Shown here piece by piece: positions 17,498 through 20,000 of a DNA stretch of 20,000 nucleotides (position 1 is its first letter; every line of letters begins with the position of its first letter). The stretch spans positions 52,499-72,498 of the IMG/VR virus record IMGVR_UViG_3300042358_000030, one strand, 5' to 3'. The translations under genes were made by a program, and so were the position numbers. The notes under the pieces are model-generated. The model did not search any database. It was not told where the DNA came from and was given only the letters and a program-made list of their open reading frames with translations. This DNA is from an uncultured virus (IMG/VR IMGVR_UViG_3300042358_000030). Its lineage: Duplodnaviria > Heunggongvirae > Uroviricota > Caudoviricetes.

Positions 17498-17505
17498 TAT
17501 TTATA
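17498..17505 (+). promoter_or_regulatory. TATTTATA phage promoter motif
   Basis: 14 nt before the ATG at 17520. Confidence 0.6.
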
Positions 17506-17519
17506 TGTAAAACTTTATT

Positions 17520-17978
17520 ATGGGAAACAATGTATTATTAGAAGTTAAGAAAAAAAACTTAATGAGAGAGCAAAAAGAAGAGGGTGAAATTGAGGTAGAT
17601 GATACAAAAACCAATTCAGGGTTTAAAGATATGGTGTCTATTTTATTGCATTCACAAACTCAAGTACACATTTTTCATTTACAAACAAAATCATATTCAG
17701 AACATAAGGCTCTACAAGGGTATTATGAAGGGATTGATGCACTTATAGATGGTATTATTGAAAGTTATCAAGGTAAACACGATGTGATTACTGGATACAA
17801 TTCAATCAAAACTGAAGAGTATAAAAGTTCTGAACAAGTTATTAAGTACTTCAAATCATTGGATTCAATGGTTGAAAAAAACAGAAAAAGTGTGAAAGAA
17901 TCATTTCTTCAAAATCAAATTGATACAGTTCAAGAATTAATATATTCCACATTATATAAATTAAGATTCTTAAAATAA
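17520..17978 (+). CDS. ferritin/Dps-like four-helix protein (DUF5856-like)
   Basis: HIFHLQTKSYSEHKALQGYYEGIDALIDGIIESYQG...LQNQIDTVQELIYSTLYKLRFL. Confidence 0.75.
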   Translation: MGNNVLLEVKKKNLMREQKEEGEIEVDDTKTNSGFKDMVSILLHSQTQVHIFHLQTKSYSEHKALQGYYEGIDALIDGIIESYQGKHDVITGYNSIKTEEYKSSEQVIKYFKSLDSMVEKNRKSVKESFLQNQIDTVQELIYSTLYKLRFLK

Positions 17979-17982
17979 TATA

Positions 17983-18903
17983 ATGAAAGAACTAATTAGA
18001 CGTATACTACGAGAAGAACAAGAAGGTCCTTTAACTAAAAAGGAAATTATGTTATTTAAGTATATTGACAAACATAAAAGGGAAACTAAGACTCAACCTG
18101 AATTTTTAAAATTTTTAAGGTCTATTTTACCGGTACTTGGAATGTCACCAAACGACTCTCATTTTTATTATGAAGTATACACGGCTAACTTCAGACCGGA
18201 AGGGGATTATGAAAATTTAACAAACGAGAATTTCAAGGATTTCAGACAATTCAAACAGAGAAAAGTTACTAATAATACGGCTTATGAATATGCGTCGGCT
18301 AGAATGCCGTTTAAGGGTTCAAATATTGAAGGTCAGTGGAATGTAAATAATAATAATGATTGGTATTATGTTATTACATCATATGGGTGGTATCCAGTGT
18401 TCTTATTTATTAATGACCAATGGTACAGAACATTAGAAACGTATTCAAGTTCTACAAGAAAACAAATGAGTCAGGTTAACCCTGTTAAATTTGATTCAAA
18501 CTTAAATGCAAATGTTATGAGTATTACCAAAGATGAGATGGAAGGTCTTATTCGAGGAAGTCGTAACATTGAAACGGTTAAATCTAGTAGAGTTTCAAAC
18601 TTTGTAAAAGATAAAGATAAAATAACTAATCAATCAAAATTAATCAGTGGAGGTTGGGGGGATAATGCTCACAGAGTTAATTTTATGATTAAAGACATTG
18701 AGGATGTTGATGGTAAAATTAAAATATCTGTCAAAGTTCTTAAAGCTGGTAAAATGGTTGACAGGAAAATGATACCGGATTCCAATTTTAGAGACAATCC
18801 TGAGTTATTGAACAATATTACAAATACAATTAAACAAGACATACTAAGAACTTATCCGAAATACTTAACGGATGATAACACTGAGATAGAATTATTAGAT
18901 TAA
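17983..18903 (+). CDS. hypothetical phage protein
   Basis: 306 aa; N-terminal MKELIRRILREE leader; YVITSYGWYP...YSSSTRKQ block. Confidence 0.85.
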   Translation: MKELIRRILREEQEGPLTKKEIMLFKYIDKHKRETKTQPEFLKFLRSILPVLGMSPNDSHFYYEVYTANFRPEGDYENLTNENFKDFRQFKQRKVTNNTAYEYASARMPFKGSNIEGQWNVNNNNDWYYVITSYGWYPVFLFINDQWYRTLETYSSSTRKQMSQVNPVKFDSNLNANVMSITKDEMEGLIRGSRNIETVKSSRVSNFVKDKDKITNQSKLISGGWGDNAHRVNFMIKDIEDVDGKIKISVKVLKAGKMVDRKMIPDSNFRDNPELLNNITNTIKQDILRTYPKYLTDDNTEIELLD

Positions 18904-18933
18904 AAAAAAAGGAACATTTAGTTCCTTTTTTTT
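18902..18933. terminator. intrinsic terminator (bidirectional form)
   Basis: A9-GGAAC-attta-GTTCC-T8. Confidence 0.8.
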
Positions 18934-18961
18934 GTTTATATGGGATTAAGTATTATCTTTG
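18931..18961 (+). promoter_or_regulatory. Bacteroidota-type promoter TTTG-N19-TATCTTTG
   Basis: TTTG at 18931-18934 and TATCTTTG at 18954-18961. The ATG at 18966 would give a near-leaderless mRNA. Confidence 0.7.
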
Positions 18962-18965
18962 TACT

Positions 18966-19301
18966 ATGAATCCGTATCCAAAACCTTTACAATTATTATT
19001 AAAAGAGATATATAAGGAGTTTCCTCACTTGAGGAGACATCCTGAATATCGTTTTTATTATTTACATTACGGATATCCTACAAAGGAGTACTTCCTTGTT
19101 CTAACAAACTTGATACCTGAATCTTACAATGACAATGACCTTGTTTCTTACATAAATCAAATGGCACCTGTTTTTGGTTTTATTGAGGCGGCATTGATGA
19201 AACCGGACGATTTTGAAAAATTTATTTTAGAACCAATAAATGAGAATATAAAAGATTTACGGGGTAGTGAGTATAAAAGTTTTGGATATGAGGTGTGGTA
19301 A
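18966..19301 (+). CDS. hypothetical protein
   Basis: 111 aa ORF downstream of a promoter. Confidence 0.75.
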   Translation: MNPYPKPLQLLLKEIYKEFPHLRRHPEYRFYYLHYGYPTKEYFLVLTNLIPESYNDNDLVSYINQMAPVFGFIEAALMKPDDFEKFILEPINENIKDLRGSEYKSFGYEVW

Positions 19302-19302
19302 T

Positions 19303-19331
19303 TTGACTTCTTAATAAAAAATAATTATACT
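19303..19331 (+). promoter_or_regulatory. sigma70-like promoter (TTGACT-N17-TATACT)
   Basis: -35 at 19303-19308 and -10 at 19326-19331. Confidence 0.65.
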
Positions 19332-19360
19332 ATACAAACAAACAATAAAACAATTTTATT

Positions 19361-19798
19361 ATGAACATAAAGAAAGCTTTAAAAGAGAAAAACCGATTGG
19401 TTAAAGAGATTTTAGATTTACACACTAGAGTGGCGACATACAACTCAGTTGAGGTTGGGAATGTTAGACCATATTCGGCTAAAGAATCAATGGAATTACT
19501 TAACCAAAAAAGTAATGAGTTAGTGGAACTTAAAACTAAAATCCACAGAGCAAATGATTTGGTGTATCAACACATTTTTAGATTGTCGGAATTGAAATCT
19601 ATGATTGCGAGAATTAAAAACTTGGATTGTAATGAGGGTATTGTCCAAGATTACTACTCAAGAAATCGTGAGACACCTGCTGTGAAAGAAACGGAAATCT
19701 CAATTGTTGAGAGAGACGAGATGGTTAAACATATGGAAGGACAAATTGAAGAGATTCAAGATATTTTGGATTACCATAACCAAATCACCGAAATATAG
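19361..19798 (+). CDS. DIP1984-like (DUF6847/'septicolysin'-annotated) coiled-coil protein
   Basis: MNIKKALKEKNRL...LVELKTKIHRAN...IQDILDYHNQITEI matches my recollection of the family pattern MxLxEAL...LxxxIxxxN...IxxxNxxTxI. Confidence 0.65.
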   Translation: MNIKKALKEKNRLVKEILDLHTRVATYNSVEVGNVRPYSAKESMELLNQKSNELVELKTKIHRANDLVYQHIFRLSELKSMIARIKNLDCNEGIVQDYYSRNRETPAVKETEISIVERDEMVKHMEGQIEEIQDILDYHNQITEI

Positions 19799-19987
19799 TT
19801 CAGTGTCCGGAAGGGATATAATGTAATATATATGGACTATTCCGTATTACCTACAAACTCATTATGAAAGTCGTCGACGTTTTGATGATGATGAAGTACT
19901 CAAACCTCAACACTCAGCAGTTCAAAATTAATTTGTCAAAACTTAAAACTCTTTTTGATTTACTTATTGAACTTCCAACCTGACTAT
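19795..19987 (+). ncRNA. candidate structured RNA with 7-nt periodic TCA array
   Basis: Closing stem ATAGTtCAG/CTGACTAT plus GGAAG/CTTCC; hairpins at 19823-19850 and ~19859-19893; periodic array at 19898-19952. A terminator-like arm AAAAAAACCCCTC begins at 19988. Confidence 0.6.
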
Positions 19988-20000
19988 AAAAAAACCCCTC

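Noticed and set aside
19898..19952. Periodic array as a CRISPR array or type III TA (ToxI-like) repeat
   Set aside because: The units are ~7 nt and degenerate, with no spacers and no ~35-nt tandem repeats; no cas or ToxN-like gene was recognised.
1..20000. Stop-codon reassignment (as in some jumbo phages)
   Set aside because: Genes are full length and densely tiled under the standard code, with no fragmentation at TAG or TGA.
1..20000. Eukaryotic giant virus or bacterial chromosome origin
   Set aside because: Bacteroidota-type promoters, intrinsic terminators and coupled operons argue against an NCLDV. The run of phage-type hypotheticals and lack of housekeeping operons argue against a chromosome, although no capsid or terminase gene is present to prove a phage origin.

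Overview
This AT-rich, gene-dense window looks like part of a large (jumbo) tailed-phage genome, probably infecting Bacteroidota. The evidence is TTTG-N19/20-TAnnTTTG host-type promoters, AT-rich leaders with no Shine-Dalgarno sites, intrinsic terminators and many short phage-type ORFs. Recognisable genes are a partial DnaJ, two orphan DNA methyltransferases, an LRR protein, a PcfJ-like protein, thioredoxin, glutaredoxin, DUF3310, LysM, a DHH phosphoesterase, DUF192, a NUDIX hydrolase, an RHH+HNH cassette, a ferritin/Dps-like protein and a DIP1984-like protein. The most notable observations are: (1) a ~190-nt structured RNA-like element with a 7-nt-periodic TCA array directly after the DIP1984-like gene; (2) a degenerate MetK (SAM synthetase)-fold protein that has lost the catalytic motifs; (3) a TATTTAT(A/T) promoter class whose genes mostly share an N-terminal [ILV]-x-E leader; (4) a promoter-hairpin-terminator small RNA candidate. 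All family calls come from recognising motifs by eye; no searches were run.
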